A stretch of DNA of 64,000 nucleotides, taken from positions 22,726-86,725 of the forward strand of contig JANLRD010000224.1 in the NCBI GenBank assembly GCA_031368215.1, written 5' to 3'. Positions 8,871 through 18,087 of the stretch are shown in pieces; within the stretch, counting starts at the first letter, position 1; every line of letters begins with the position of its first letter. A program made the position numbers and the translations under genes. The notes beneath the pieces are model-generated. The model saw only the letters and a list, made by a program, of their open reading frames with translations, was not told the origin of the DNA and ran no database searches. Source of the DNA: Acidimicrobiia bacterium (GTDB lineage: Bacteria > Actinomycetota > Acidimicrobiia > Acidimicrobiales > JANYDT01).

Positions 8871-9803
8871 ATGTCGAAGCGTCGTCACAAGCACGAAGAG
8901 CACGAGGAGCACGTCAACCACGAGCGCTGGCTGATCACGTATGCCGACATGATCACCCTGCTCATGGTGTTGTTCATCGTGTTGTTCGCCATGGGGCAGA
9001 CGGACCTCGACAAGTACAAGAAGCTCCGGCAAAGCCTTGCGGTCGGTTTCGGTGGACCTGACAAGCTCGCGCTGCTCGACGGTGGGACGGGTGTGATGGA
9101 CGGTGGTGCGTCGCCGGTCGGCCTCACCCCGGCGGAGATTGCGGCGAAGACTGCGATCTCAACGCTCAACGGGCGCGCCGCTGCGTGGAAACAGGAGCAG
9201 AAGCTTCTCGAGAGCACCAAAGCCGCCCTCGACCGGGCGCTCAAGGAGATCAACGGTTCCCCGCTGATCAAGGATGCACAGGTGCGTGTCGCGCTGACGA
9301 CGCGCGGCCTCGTGATCACGATCGACAGCGACATCGTGCTCTTCGAACCGGGTTCGGCGACGATCCGACCAGAAGGCCAGAAGGTCCTCGACCGGATCGC
9401 CCAACAGCTCGTGACCCTTCCCAACCCCATCACCGTGGAAGGTCACACCGATAACGTGCCGATCTCTGGGACGTTCCCCTCCAACTGGGAGCTGTCGACG
9501 GCACGAGCGTCCTCGGTTCTTCGATCCCTCATCGCTCTGCACGGCCTCGATCCAGCACACGGAACCGCCTCCGGATTTGCCGACCAGAAGCCCGTCGCGC
9601 CCAACGACACGACGAAGGGTCGGGCGAAGAACCGGCGGGTCGAGATCGTCATCGAAGCAGCGGTCAGCAACCCGAGCGTTGACTCACCGGATGCATTGGC
9701 TGCGGTTGAGGCTGCCGCGGTTGCGGCAGCAAACGACGCACAGCCAGGCGCCGACGGATCCGGCGAGATCGTCATCTCGACCCCCATCAAGCCCATCTCG
9801 TAG
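8871..9803 (+). CDS. motB: Flagellar stator protein MotB (OmpA-like peptidoglycan-binding C-terminus)
   Basis: 310 aa. The N-terminus HEEHVNHERWLITYADMITLLMVLF carries the conserved plug/TM Asp. The OmpA-like domain reads VEGHTDNVP...NWELSTARASSV...RAKNRRVEIVI. The ATG at 8871 lies 3 nt after the motA stop. Confidence 0.92.
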   Translation: MSKRRHKHEEHEEHVNHERWLITYADMITLLMVLFIVLFAMGQTDLDKYKKLRQSLAVGFGGPDKLALLDGGTGVMDGGASPVGLTPAEIAAKTAISTLNGRAAAWKQEQKLLESTKAALDRALKEINGSPLIKDAQVRVALTTRGLVITIDSDIVLFEPGSATIRPEGQKVLDRIAQQLVTLPNPITVEGHTDNVPISGTFPSNWELSTARASSVLRSLIALHGLDPAHGTASGFADQKPVAPNDTTKGRAKNRRVEIVIEAAVSNPSVDSPDALAAVEAAAVAAANDAQPGADGSGEIVISTPIKPIS

Positions 9804-9858
9804 ACCTCACCCGAACATCCAACCCTGACTCTCCAGCACCAGCAAGGACACGATCAAC

Positions 9859-10368
9859 ATGGCGAAGAAAGCAAAGGCAGCGCCCGCCGCAGAAGGCGAG
9901 GAGCAGGCGCCGAAGAGCAAGAAGAACTTGGTCATCGGTGGAGTCGGCGCGCTCGTGCTGTTCTTCGCCGGTGGGAAGGTCATGGGGGGAGGCGGCGAGA
10001 CCAAGACGATCATCAAGATCGTCAACACCACGACGACGATCCCCATGGGTGAGGTCGTCACCCTCGACGCCATCACGATGAACCTGGCCGATGGGCACGT
10101 CCTCAAGGTCGGCATCGGATTCCAACTCGAGTACGAAGCCCATGCCGGCGCCGCTGGCCACGAAGCTCCGAAGGCCCACGATGGTGACCCGACGAAGGGC
10201 TACGCCCAGGCCCTCGACATTGCCATTGACGAACTCGGTCAGCACACCATGGAGCAGCTCACCGGTGAAGGTCGTAACGTGGCCAAGGAAGCCCTGGTGA
10301 AGCGGTTGCGCAAGGTCTTCCACGGCAAGATCGAAGATGTCTACTTCTACCAGTTCGTGATGCAGTGA
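9859..10368 (+). CDS. fliL: Flagellar basal-body-associated protein FliL
   Basis: 169 aa with a Lys-rich N-terminus, a single TM segment and a FliL-like C-terminal region. The position after motAB is conserved. Confidence 0.75.
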   Translation: MAKKAKAAPAAEGEEQAPKSKKNLVIGGVGALVLFFAGGKVMGGGGETKTIIKIVNTTTTIPMGEVVTLDAITMNLADGHVLKVGIGFQLEYEAHAGAAGHEAPKAHDGDPTKGYAQALDIAIDELGQHTMEQLTGEGRNVAKEALVKRLRKVFHGKIEDVYFYQFVMQ

Positions 10369-10468
10369 CCGATCGGTGACCCGCGTATCGCACGCACCGG
10401 GTCTTGCGGTTTGAGAGAAATCCGGCCGAGTAGGTCATATCGCCTATTGGTCGGCCGATCAGATCTTC

Positions 10469-11383
10469 GTGACGTCGAACACGAAGGTCCAAAAGGTCGT
10501 CCCGTACGACTTCAAACGGCCGAGCAAGTTCAACCGCGACCACGCCCGAGCGCTGCAGCTCATCGGCGAGACTTTCGCGCGGCAGTTCTCCACGGTGCTG
10601 TCGACGACCGTGCGCACGTCGTCGCACGTCTCATTCTCCGGGGTCGGACAGCTGACCTACGACGAGCACGTGCGAGAGATCCCCAATCCGACGTATCTGG
10701 GGATGGTCTCGCTCGAGCCCTTGCCCGGACTGGCCCTTCTTCACGTCCCCCTGCCGGTCATGATGACCGTGATCGACCGGTTGCTCGGCGGTACGGGGAA
10801 CGGTCAGCTCCCCAATCGGCCCCTCACCGACATCGAACTGGGTCTCGCTCAGGGTCTGATCGCGCGCATGCTCCGTGAGCTCTCGAGCGCCTTCGAGTCG
10901 CTGGTCGTTGTGGAGCCGCGACTCACCCACCAGGAGTCGAACCCGCAGTTCACCCAGATCGCCGCCCTCAACGACACCGTCGTGGTGCTCTCGTTCGATA
11001 TCCACGTAGCAGGCAATGCGGGGAACCTCTCGCTGTGCATCCCGTTCGCGCAGATTCAGACGGTTCTCGAAGACGCGGCCGGGACCTTCACCAGAACCGG
11101 ACGAAACGACATCGACCACGAGGCCGTTGAACGAGCGCTTCGAATCGGCATCGATCACACCAGCGTCCCGGTCTCTGTCCGATTCAACGAGATCGACCTG
11201 ATCGCATCCGACATCGTCGACCTCCGTCCCGGTGACATCGTGCCGTTGTCGCATCCGGTCGACTCGCCCCTGTTCATCACCATCGGCGACGTGGCCCGAT
11301 TCCACGTGAAGCCGGGCCGCCGCGGCCGCCGACTCGCCTGTGTTGTCGTCGACGACCGAATCACTACGAAAGACAAGCCATGA
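10469..11383 (+). CDS. fliM: Flagellar motor switch protein FliM
   Basis: 304 aa. Contains VVPYDFKRPSKFNRDHARAL and a SpoA-like C-terminus (IVDLRPGDIVPL). The 3' end is coupled to the next gene by ATGA. Confidence 0.9.
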   Translation: MTSNTKVQKVVPYDFKRPSKFNRDHARALQLIGETFARQFSTVLSTTVRTSSHVSFSGVGQLTYDEHVREIPNPTYLGMVSLEPLPGLALLHVPLPVMMTVIDRLLGGTGNGQLPNRPLTDIELGLAQGLIARMLRELSSAFESLVVVEPRLTHQESNPQFTQIAALNDTVVVLSFDIHVAGNAGNLSLCIPFAQIQTVLEDAAGTFTRTGRNDIDHEAVERALRIGIDHTSVPVSVRFNEIDLIASDIVDLRPGDIVPLSHPVDSPLFITIGDVARFHVKPGRRGRRLACVVVDDRITTKDKP

Positions 11384-12147
11384 GCTCCTCGACAATGACG
11401 TCCGTTGCCCTCGACATTGCCCGTCGCGTCGGCGAGGAGATGGCAGCATCGCTTCCCGGCTCGGCAACGTGGACGGCGGTCGCCGAAGAGACCCCGACCC
11501 TGCTCGACAACGCGCGTGTCGTCGTCGCCTGGCTCGGCAGCGAAGGTCGACTCGCTCTCGTCGTGGCGTCACCGTTGGCGCGGAACCTCATCGTCGGACC
11601 TCCGCCAGCGGACTCGCTCGAGGAGGCACTCGAGCAGGGCTTCACCGGGGCAGCGTCCATGATCGCCGCGTTCATCGATACCAATGCCTCGCTCGGACCG
11701 CTCACCGAAGGGGCCATCGATGACGCGACGGTAGCGCTCGGCGGCTCGCTCCTCGGCGTTCGTCTGATGGATGGCGATGCCCACGTCGCCACGCTCGTGA
11801 TCGCAACGGCGAAGGACCTCGAGGCAGCGCCCGGCGCCTCGACTCCTGTGTTCGAACAACTCGCCGAAGGCGCCCTGGCGGACGCACATCGACCCGTCTC
11901 GATGCTCGCCGACGTCGAGATGGGTGTCACCGTCGAACTCGGCCGTGCACGCCTCACCGTTGCCGAGATCCTGAGCCTGACGATCGGATCAGTTGTCGAA
12001 CTCGACCGCATCGCGGGGAGCCCCGTCGACGTCCTCGTCAACGGAACCCTGATCGCTCGGGGCGAGGTCGTCGTGGTCGACGAGGAGTTCGGGGTGCGGG
12101 TCAGCGAAGTCATTGGCTATCAGCCGACGGAACGACTTCGGCGGTGA
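11380..12147 (+). CDS. fliN: Flagellar motor switch protein FliN/FliY (extended N-terminal domain)
   Basis: 255 aa. The C-terminal SpoA/FliN domain reads VEMGVTVELGRARLTVAEILSLTIGSVVELDRIAGSPVDVLVNGTLIARGEVVVVDEEFGVRV. The N-terminal ~170 aa are CheC/FliY-like in size, but I could not see the phosphatase motif. Confidence 0.88.
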   Translation: MSSSTMTSVALDIARRVGEEMAASLPGSATWTAVAEETPTLLDNARVVVAWLGSEGRLALVVASPLARNLIVGPPPADSLEEALEQGFTGAASMIAAFIDTNASLGPLTEGAIDDATVALGGSLLGVRLMDGDAHVATLVIATAKDLEAAPGASTPVFEQLAEGALADAHRPVSMLADVEMGVTVELGRARLTVAEILSLTIGSVVELDRIAGSPVDVLVNGTLIARGEVVVVDEEFGVRVSEVIGYQPTERLRR

Positions 12148-12517
12148 TGGCGTGAGCGATGCATCGCTGGCCGTCGTCCTCCTACGACTGGTCCTCGCGG
12201 TTGCAGTCGTTGTCGGTTTGCTGCTGTTGACCGCGCGCCTCACGAGACGCGTCGGCAGCGGTGGTGCCGGATCTGCCCGTGGAGCCATCCGAGTCGTCGC
12301 TCGTCAACCACTCGGTCGAAACGCTTCGGTCGCAGTGATCGAGACCGGTGGGCGGACGCTTGTTCTCGGCGTCACCGACCATCAGGTCTCCCTGCTGGGC
12401 GAACAACCGCTCGCAGCCACGACGGTCGACGACCCGGGATCGTCGATGCTCCCGCCAACCGGTGGCCGGCGTTCCCTGGTCGACGCACTACGAGATCTGA
12501 CGCTGCGCAAACCATGA
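12113..12517 (+). CDS. fliO: FliO/FliZ-like small membrane protein
   Basis: One TM helix (LAVVLLRLVLAVAVVVGLLLLTA), located directly upstream of fliP and coupled to it by ATGA. The start is ambiguous. An in-frame GTG at 12152, just after the fliN stop, is more plausible than 12113. Confidence 0.5.
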   Translation: MAISRRNDFGGDGVSDASLAVVLLRLVLAVAVVVGLLLLTARLTRRVGSGGAGSARGAIRVVARQPLGRNASVAVIETGGRTLVLGVTDHQVSLLGEQPLAATTVDDPGSSMLPPTGGRRSLVDALRDLTLRKP

Positions 12518-13557
12518 ACCGACCCATCGCTTCTGCGCGTTTCGCTGTTCTCGCGCTGTCACTGTTCACCATGGTGTTCGCCGCCGGGGGAGTGGCCTCT
12601 GCCCAGACCCCAGCTCCGACAACGGTCGCGCCCGCCGCCGTCGCTCCGACGACGGTCGCGCCGGGCGGTGCTGCTGCCGCTCCGACCACAGTGGCACCGG
12701 GCGCCGCCGCGCCAACGGCGGCCACGCCGGTGACCACGGTTGCACCGACCGGTCTGGACACGGGCAACGTCACCGGTCGGACGGCGCAGCGCACCGCCGC
12801 CACCCCGACCGATGCCGGAAGCTACGGTCAACCGCCGACGACGGTCGATCCGGGCATCCTCGTGTTCGAGCAGCCCTTCCAGCCGGTGAACGACTCCAAC
12901 AAGGTGTCGATCACGGTGGGCGACGGTGCCAATCCCAGCCAGAGCGTCCTCATCATCATCCTGCTCACGCTGCTCTCGCTCGCGCCGTCGGTCCTCATCC
13001 TGCTGACGAGCTTCACCCGCATCGCGATCGTCCTTTCACTCGTGCGCAATGCGCTCGGCCTCCAATCCATCCCACCCAACCAGGTGATCGTTGGGCTTGC
13101 CCTCTTCCTCAGCCTGTTCGTCATGCGACCGACCATCGAGAAGATCAACACCGACGCGTTGCAGCCGCTCCTGAAGAACGAGATCAGCCAGACCGATGCC
13201 TATCGGGCCGCGTTGGCACCGCTACGCGTGTTCATGCTCAAGCAGACGGGGACGCGTGAACTCAAGATGATGATGGCCATCTCGAAGGAGGAGAAGCCGG
13301 CCACACCGAACGATGTCAGCAACGCGACCTTGATCCCCGCGTTCATCCTCTCGGAGTTGCGCATCGCCTTCATCATCGGGTTCGTGATCTTCATCCCCTT
13401 CCTGGTGATCGACCTGGTGGTCAGCTCGAGCCTGATGTCGATGGGGATGATGATGCTGCCACCTGTGGTGATCTCACTTCCGTTCAAGCTGCTGCTCTTT
13501 GTCCTCCTCGACGGCTGGTCCGTCGTCGTCCGTTCCCTGATTGAGAGTTTCAATTGA
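12514..13557 (+). CDS. fliP: Flagellar export apparatus protein FliP with a long Pro/Thr/Ala-rich N-terminal extension
   Basis: 347 aa. The conserved FliP core starts around residue 130 (SQSVLIIILLTLLSLAPSVLILLTSFTRIAIVLSLVRNALG...MMMLPPVVISLPFKLLLFVL). A signal-like N-terminus is followed by a TTVAP-type repeat region. Confidence 0.93.
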   Translation: MNRPIASARFAVLALSLFTMVFAAGGVASAQTPAPTTVAPAAVAPTTVAPGGAAAAPTTVAPGAAAPTAATPVTTVAPTGLDTGNVTGRTAQRTAATPTDAGSYGQPPTTVDPGILVFEQPFQPVNDSNKVSITVGDGANPSQSVLIIILLTLLSLAPSVLILLTSFTRIAIVLSLVRNALGLQSIPPNQVIVGLALFLSLFVMRPTIEKINTDALQPLLKNEISQTDAYRAALAPLRVFMLKQTGTRELKMMMAISKEEKPATPNDVSNATLIPAFILSELRIAFIIGFVIFIPFLVIDLVVSSSLMSMGMMMLPPVVISLPFKLLLFVLLDGWSVVVRSLIESFN

Positions 13558-13841
13558 CTGGAATCCTCGCCCTCTCCGATTCGCAGGTCGTCACCATCGT
13601 TGTGCAGATGCTGATGGTGACCGCTAAAGTAAGCGCGCCTATCTTAATCACCGCGATGGCGATCGGATTCGCCACGTCGCTGATCCAGTCGGTCACCCAG
13701 CTGCAGGACGCGACCCTCGCCTTCGTACCGAAGCTGATCGGTGTGGCGCTGGTCATCGTGATGGCGGGAACCTGGATGCTCCACGAACTCGTGACCTACT
13801 CCGAAGCGCTCTTCGCCATGATCCCGTCGCTGCTCCACTAG
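13554..13841 (+). CDS. fliQ: Flagellar export apparatus protein FliQ
   Basis: 95 aa with two TM segments and the motif LIQSVTQLQDATLAFVPKL. The start overlaps the fliP stop (TTGA). Confidence 0.9.
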   Translation: MTGILALSDSQVVTIVVQMLMVTAKVSAPILITAMAIGFATSLIQSVTQLQDATLAFVPKLIGVALVIVMAGTWMLHELVTYSEALFAMIPSLLH

Positions 13842-13888
13842 CGCTCGTTCGCGTTCCGCTCCCACCTCACGAACACCATCTCGGGTCC

Positions 13889-14647
13889 ATGCGCGTCGAA
13901 GTAGCCCTGCCGACCCTCGTGGCATACCTCCTCGCGATGTCGCGTTGCGTGGCCTGGCTCGTCGTCGCGCCACCGTTCGGAACCCGACTCATCCCGATCA
14001 CGGTAAAGGTGGGATTGGCCGGCGCGCTGACCATGGCCGCCGGGCCGCGCCTGAACGTCGCGGAGGTCCGCCTTGACACCTTCGGACTCGTCGCCGCGGT
14101 CGTCACGCAGGTCCTCGTCGGCCTTTCTCTGGGCTTCTTTGCCCTGTTGCTGCTGAGCGCCATTCAGGCTGCCGGCAACCTGATCGACCTCTTTGCAGGC
14201 TTCACGATGGCCCAGGTCTACGACCCGATGTCCGGTGCCGGAGCCAGCGTCTTCGGGCGTACGTACCAGATCGTCGGGACAACGATCCTGTTCGTGTCGG
14301 GAGGCCACCTCATCCTCGTTCGCGGCTTTCTCCGGTCGTTCGAGGCCGTGCCGCTCGACCGGCTCACGTCAGCGAACGCGGAGATGATCACTGCCCATCT
14401 CGGTCTGTTCATCGTTGCTGCATGCGAGATCGCCGCCCCGGTTCTCGCCGCCATGTTCCTTGCCGAGGTGGCGCTCGGACTGCTGACCCGTGCCGCTCCA
14501 CAGCTCAACGCGCTTCAACTCGGTATGCCCCTCAAAGCGCTTCTGGCCCTTCTCCTCACGGGCCTCGCTCTCCCGCTGCTGCCGCCGGCGATGGACAACC
14601 TCGTCCGAGATGTTGTCCGCGCCGGCCGGATGATCAGCGGGAACTGA
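13889..14647 (+). CDS. fliR: Flagellar export apparatus protein FliR
   Basis: 252 aa polytopic membrane protein in the conserved position, with FliR-like motifs (GLSLGF...AGNLID...M). Confidence 0.88.
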   Translation: MRVEVALPTLVAYLLAMSRCVAWLVVAPPFGTRLIPITVKVGLAGALTMAAGPRLNVAEVRLDTFGLVAAVVTQVLVGLSLGFFALLLLSAIQAAGNLIDLFAGFTMAQVYDPMSGAGASVFGRTYQIVGTTILFVSGGHLILVRGFLRSFEAVPLDRLTSANAEMITAHLGLFIVAACEIAAPVLAAMFLAEVALGLLTRAAPQLNALQLGMPLKALLALLLTGLALPLLPPAMDNLVRDVVRAGRMISGN

Positions 14648-14662
14648 CACCCGATCTCGACC

Positions 14663-15910
14663 ATGGCGAACGATCGCACCGAAGCCCCTACAGCGAAGAA
14701 GAAGCGCGACGCCCGCAAGAAGGGAACGATCGCACGCTCGACCGACCTCGTGACCTGGCTGCAGGTGTTCGTGGCCACCTACGCGATATCCACCACGTTT
14801 GCACTGAGCGCGAAGACGCTCCGCGAAACCATGGTCGGTGTCGATCATCTGACGCTGCGCCCTGATGTCAGCTCCGCGGTGAAGCTCCTCGGTGATTCTC
14901 TGCAGGGCGGGTTACTCGCCGTGCTCCCTCTCACCGGCCTCCTTCTGCTCACGGCACTGGTCTCGAACTTTGCCCAGACCGGACTGGCCGTGACGCTCCG
15001 CAAGCTCAAGCCGACGACAGAGCGGATCAATCCGGGAAAGGGGATCAAGCGGATCCTCTCGAAGCAGGGCTTGTGGGAGGCGACCAAGGAGATGGCCCGG
15101 GTCGGTGTGCTCGCCGGTGTTGCGTGGGGCCCGATGAGCACCGTGACCTCGCGACTCGTCGCCCGGCACAGCGGACTTCGCGAAACGATCTCCATCATCG
15201 GCGGGTCGTGTCTGCACCTTGCCCGAAACGTCGCCACTGCCGGCTTGCTCATCTCGTTTCTCGACTTCGCGGTGCAGAAGCGGCGGATCCTGAAGTCGCT
15301 CAAGATGACGAAGCAAGAAGTGAAAGACGAGTACCGCCAGAGCGAAGGCGACCCCCAGATGAAGGCTCAGCGGCGCGCGCGTGCCGCCGAGATGAGCAAG
15401 AACCGCATGCTCGCCGACGTGAAAAAGGCCAGCGCCGTCGTGGTCAACCCGACCCATGTCGCAGTGGCCATCTCCTACGAGCGAAACAGTGGTGCGCCTC
15501 GGGTGATCGCCAAGGGGACGGGCGATCTGGCCACGAAGATCCGCGCCGAGGCCGAACGTGCCGGCGTACCGCTGGTGCGCAACGTCGCGCTTGCCCGCGC
15601 GCTGCACGCCGTGTGCGAGGTTGGCGAGCAGATCCCCGCTGACCTCTACGAGGCCGTCGCCCGTCTCCTTGCGTTCGTCATGTCGGTCGGACGGCGGAGC
15701 GCGTTCGGCGGGCCGCTCACGATGTCGGGTCCCTCATATCTCCCTCCCGAACTCGCGCAGCTTGGCGAACCTTCGGCCGATCGGAGATCTGGAGCCAGGA
15801 AGGCGCCGAAGCGACGAGGCCAGGGACGGTCATCATCCCTACGACCCGACCCTGCCGCCTCCCGTCAACCGGGAGCGACTTCGGCCGACAGACCTAGCGA
15901 GGTCCTGTGA
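14663..15910 (+). CDS. flhB: Flagellar export switch protein FlhB
   Basis: 415 aa. N-terminus TEAPTAKKKRDARKKG, the NPTH autocleavage site (AVVVNPTHVAVAI), and a ~60-aa basic/Pro-rich C-terminal extension. Confidence 0.93.
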   Translation: MANDRTEAPTAKKKRDARKKGTIARSTDLVTWLQVFVATYAISTTFALSAKTLRETMVGVDHLTLRPDVSSAVKLLGDSLQGGLLAVLPLTGLLLLTALVSNFAQTGLAVTLRKLKPTTERINPGKGIKRILSKQGLWEATKEMARVGVLAGVAWGPMSTVTSRLVARHSGLRETISIIGGSCLHLARNVATAGLLISFLDFAVQKRRILKSLKMTKQEVKDEYRQSEGDPQMKAQRRARAAEMSKNRMLADVKKASAVVVNPTHVAVAISYERNSGAPRVIAKGTGDLATKIRAEAERAGVPLVRNVALARALHAVCEVGEQIPADLYEAVARLLAFVMSVGRRSAFGGPLTMSGPSYLPPELAQLGEPSADRRSGARKAPKRRGQGRSSSLRPDPAASRQPGATSADRPSEVL

Positions 15911-16001
15911 AATCCAACCGAAGCGCGCAAGTCGGCGTTCCCGCGGCAGGTGAAGGCCTGTGAAATCCAACCGAAGCGCGCAGGTCGGAGTTCCCGCGGC
16001 A
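15904..16001 (+). repeat. Tandem duplication (53-bp period) of the flhA start region at the flhB/flhA junction
   Basis: 15904-15948 (cctgtgaaatccaaccgaagcgcgcaAgtcggCgttcccgcggca) and 15957-16001 match at 43 of 45 positions. Copy 1 opens an 18-codon mini-ORF (GTG 15907, MKSNRSAQVGVPAAGEGL) whose TGA at 15961-15963 overlaps the flhA GTG at 15960. Confidence 0.9.
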
Positions 16002-18005
16002 ATCGTCTCGATCGTCGCCATCATGGTCGTGCCGCTCCCGACCATGGTCCTCGACTTCCTGCTCGTGATCAACCTCGCGGCAGCGGTGATGATCCTGCTG
16101 GCGACGATGTTCGTCCAACGGGCACTCGACTTCTCGGTCTTCCCTTCGGTCTTGTTGGTCGCCACGCTCTTCCGCCTTGCGCTCAACGTCGCGACCGTGC
16201 GACTGGTGCTGCTCCACGGCGATGCCGGGCGGGTGATCGAAGCCTTTGGTCATGTGGTGATCGGCGGGTCGGTCGTCGTCGGTCTCGTGGTGTTCATGAT
16301 CCTCGTTGTGATCCAGTTCGTCGTGATCACGAACGGTGCCGGCCGGGTTGCCGAGGTCGGCGCCCGATTCACGTTGGACGCCATGCCCGGCAAGCAGATG
16401 GCGATCGACGCCGACCTGAACGCCGGCGCGATCACGGAGGACCAAGCCCGCATTCGACGTCGCGAGGTCGGCGCCGAAGCCGACTTCTACGGAGCGATGG
16501 ACGGCGCGTCGAAGTTCGTCAAGGGCGATGCGATCGCGGCCATCATCATCACCGTCATCAACCTGATCGGTGGGTTCGTGGTCGGCGTCCTGCAGCGGGG
16601 GATGACGATCAACGATGCCATCAACCACTATTCGCTGCTGACCGTCGGCGACGGTCTCGTCTCGCAGATCCCGGCGCTGCTCATCTCGATTGCCTCCGGT
16701 CTGATCGTCACTCGTGCGGCAACCGAGAACGACCTCGGTACCGACCTGTTGCAGCAGTTCGGCCGTCATGCAAAGACGGCAAAGATCGCCGCCGGCGCTC
16801 TCGTGGCGATCTCGCTCATGCCCGGTCTGCCGAAGCTGCCGTTCTGGGTGGTCGCCGCAGGTCTGTGGATCGGGGCCACCCGTGCAGCCGCGACCCGTTC
16901 GGCAGAAAAGGCAGCAGCCACCGAAGCGGATGCACCTCCGGTGCGCACGGACTCCCCGACTGATCTCGTCGGCGACATGCGAATCGAGCCGCTCGAACTC
17001 AACATCGGCTACGGGCTGATGGACCTCGTTGATGCGAACCGGGGAGGGGACCTTCTCGATCGGGTCCGGGCACTGCGACGGAAGACGGCGATGGAGCTCG
17101 GCATCGTTCTGCCACCGGTACGCACGCGTGACTCGATGGCGCTCAGCGGGAACACCTATGAGATTAAGGTCCACGGTGTCGCGGCCGGCCGGGGCGAGGC
17201 CCCTCCCGGCGTTTCGCTTCTTCTCGGTCCCTGCCCTCCCCACATTCCCGGGCAGGCGACGACGGACCCCGTGTTCGGTATGGAGGCATTCTGGATTCCC
17301 GTCGAGTTCGCCTCGCAGGCGGAGCTCTCCGGGTCAACGGTTATCGATCGCGGGTCGGTGATCACCACGCACCTCGCAGAGGTCATCCGGACGAATGCAT
17401 CGCGACTGCTGAGCCGCCAGGATGTGAAGCTCCTCGTCGATGGTGTCCGTGCGTCCGATCCTGCCGTCACCGAGGAACTCGCTGCCGTCTCGATCTCTCT
17501 CGCGGAAGTTCAACGAGTGCTACAGAGCCTGCTCGAAGAAGGCGTCGCCATTCGCGATCTGATCCGCATCCTCGAGGTCCTTTCCGAGCGCGGACGGGTT
17601 ACGAAGGACCCGGAGGCTCTGGTCGAGGCGGTGCGAGCGTCGCTCGGTCCGGCAATCTCGGTCCCTCTTGCCGATGATGCCCGGTTGAGCGTGATCACCC
17701 TCGACCCGCTGGTGGAGCGCACGCTTCTCGAAGGGCTCCGGTCCGGGGAGAACGGGACCTTTCTCACCGGCGACGCGTCGACGTTGGAACGTATCGTGGC
17801 CTCGATCGCCGCGCTGGTTGAAGAAGTCGAGAACCGCGGTGTACGGCCCGTGATCGTATGCAGTGGTCCTCTGCGCCCGGCGATGCGCAAACTTGTCCGC
17901 ACTGCCGCACCGGACACCCCCGTGCTCGCGTATGCCGAGCTCGGCACGCGGCTCACGATCGAAACCGTCGGCGTCATCCAAGCCGATCAGCTGGTGCTCA
18001 CGTGA
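15960..18005 (+). CDS. flhA: Flagellar export gate protein FlhA
   Basis: 681 aa with an FHIPEP signature region (GAGRVAEVGARFTLDAMPGKQMAIDADL...GAMDGASKFVKGDAIA) and a conserved cytoplasmic C-terminal domain. Confidence 0.95.
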   Translation: MKSNRSAQVGVPAAIVSIVAIMVVPLPTMVLDFLLVINLAAAVMILLATMFVQRALDFSVFPSVLLVATLFRLALNVATVRLVLLHGDAGRVIEAFGHVVIGGSVVVGLVVFMILVVIQFVVITNGAGRVAEVGARFTLDAMPGKQMAIDADLNAGAITEDQARIRRREVGAEADFYGAMDGASKFVKGDAIAAIIITVINLIGGFVVGVLQRGMTINDAINHYSLLTVGDGLVSQIPALLISIASGLIVTRAATENDLGTDLLQQFGRHAKTAKIAAGALVAISLMPGLPKLPFWVVAAGLWIGATRAAATRSAEKAAATEADAPPVRTDSPTDLVGDMRIEPLELNIGYGLMDLVDANRGGDLLDRVRALRRKTAMELGIVLPPVRTRDSMALSGNTYEIKVHGVAAGRGEAPPGVSLLLGPCPPHIPGQATTDPVFGMEAFWIPVEFASQAELSGSTVIDRGSVITTHLAEVIRTNASRLLSRQDVKLLVDGVRASDPAVTEELAAVSISLAEVQRVLQSLLEEGVAIRDLIRILEVLSERGRVTKDPEALVEAVRASLGPAISVPLADDARLSVITLDPLVERTLLEGLRSGENGTFLTGDASTLERIVASIAALVEEVENRGVRPVIVCSGPLRPAMRKLVRTAAPDTPVLAYAELGTRLTIETVGVIQADQLVLT

Positions 18006-18087
18006 TTCCGTCTCGTGTGATGCCCACGGAATCGGTGAAGGTGGACGGAATCACCGCAAAAACTCGAACAACGATTGGAGATCGGTC

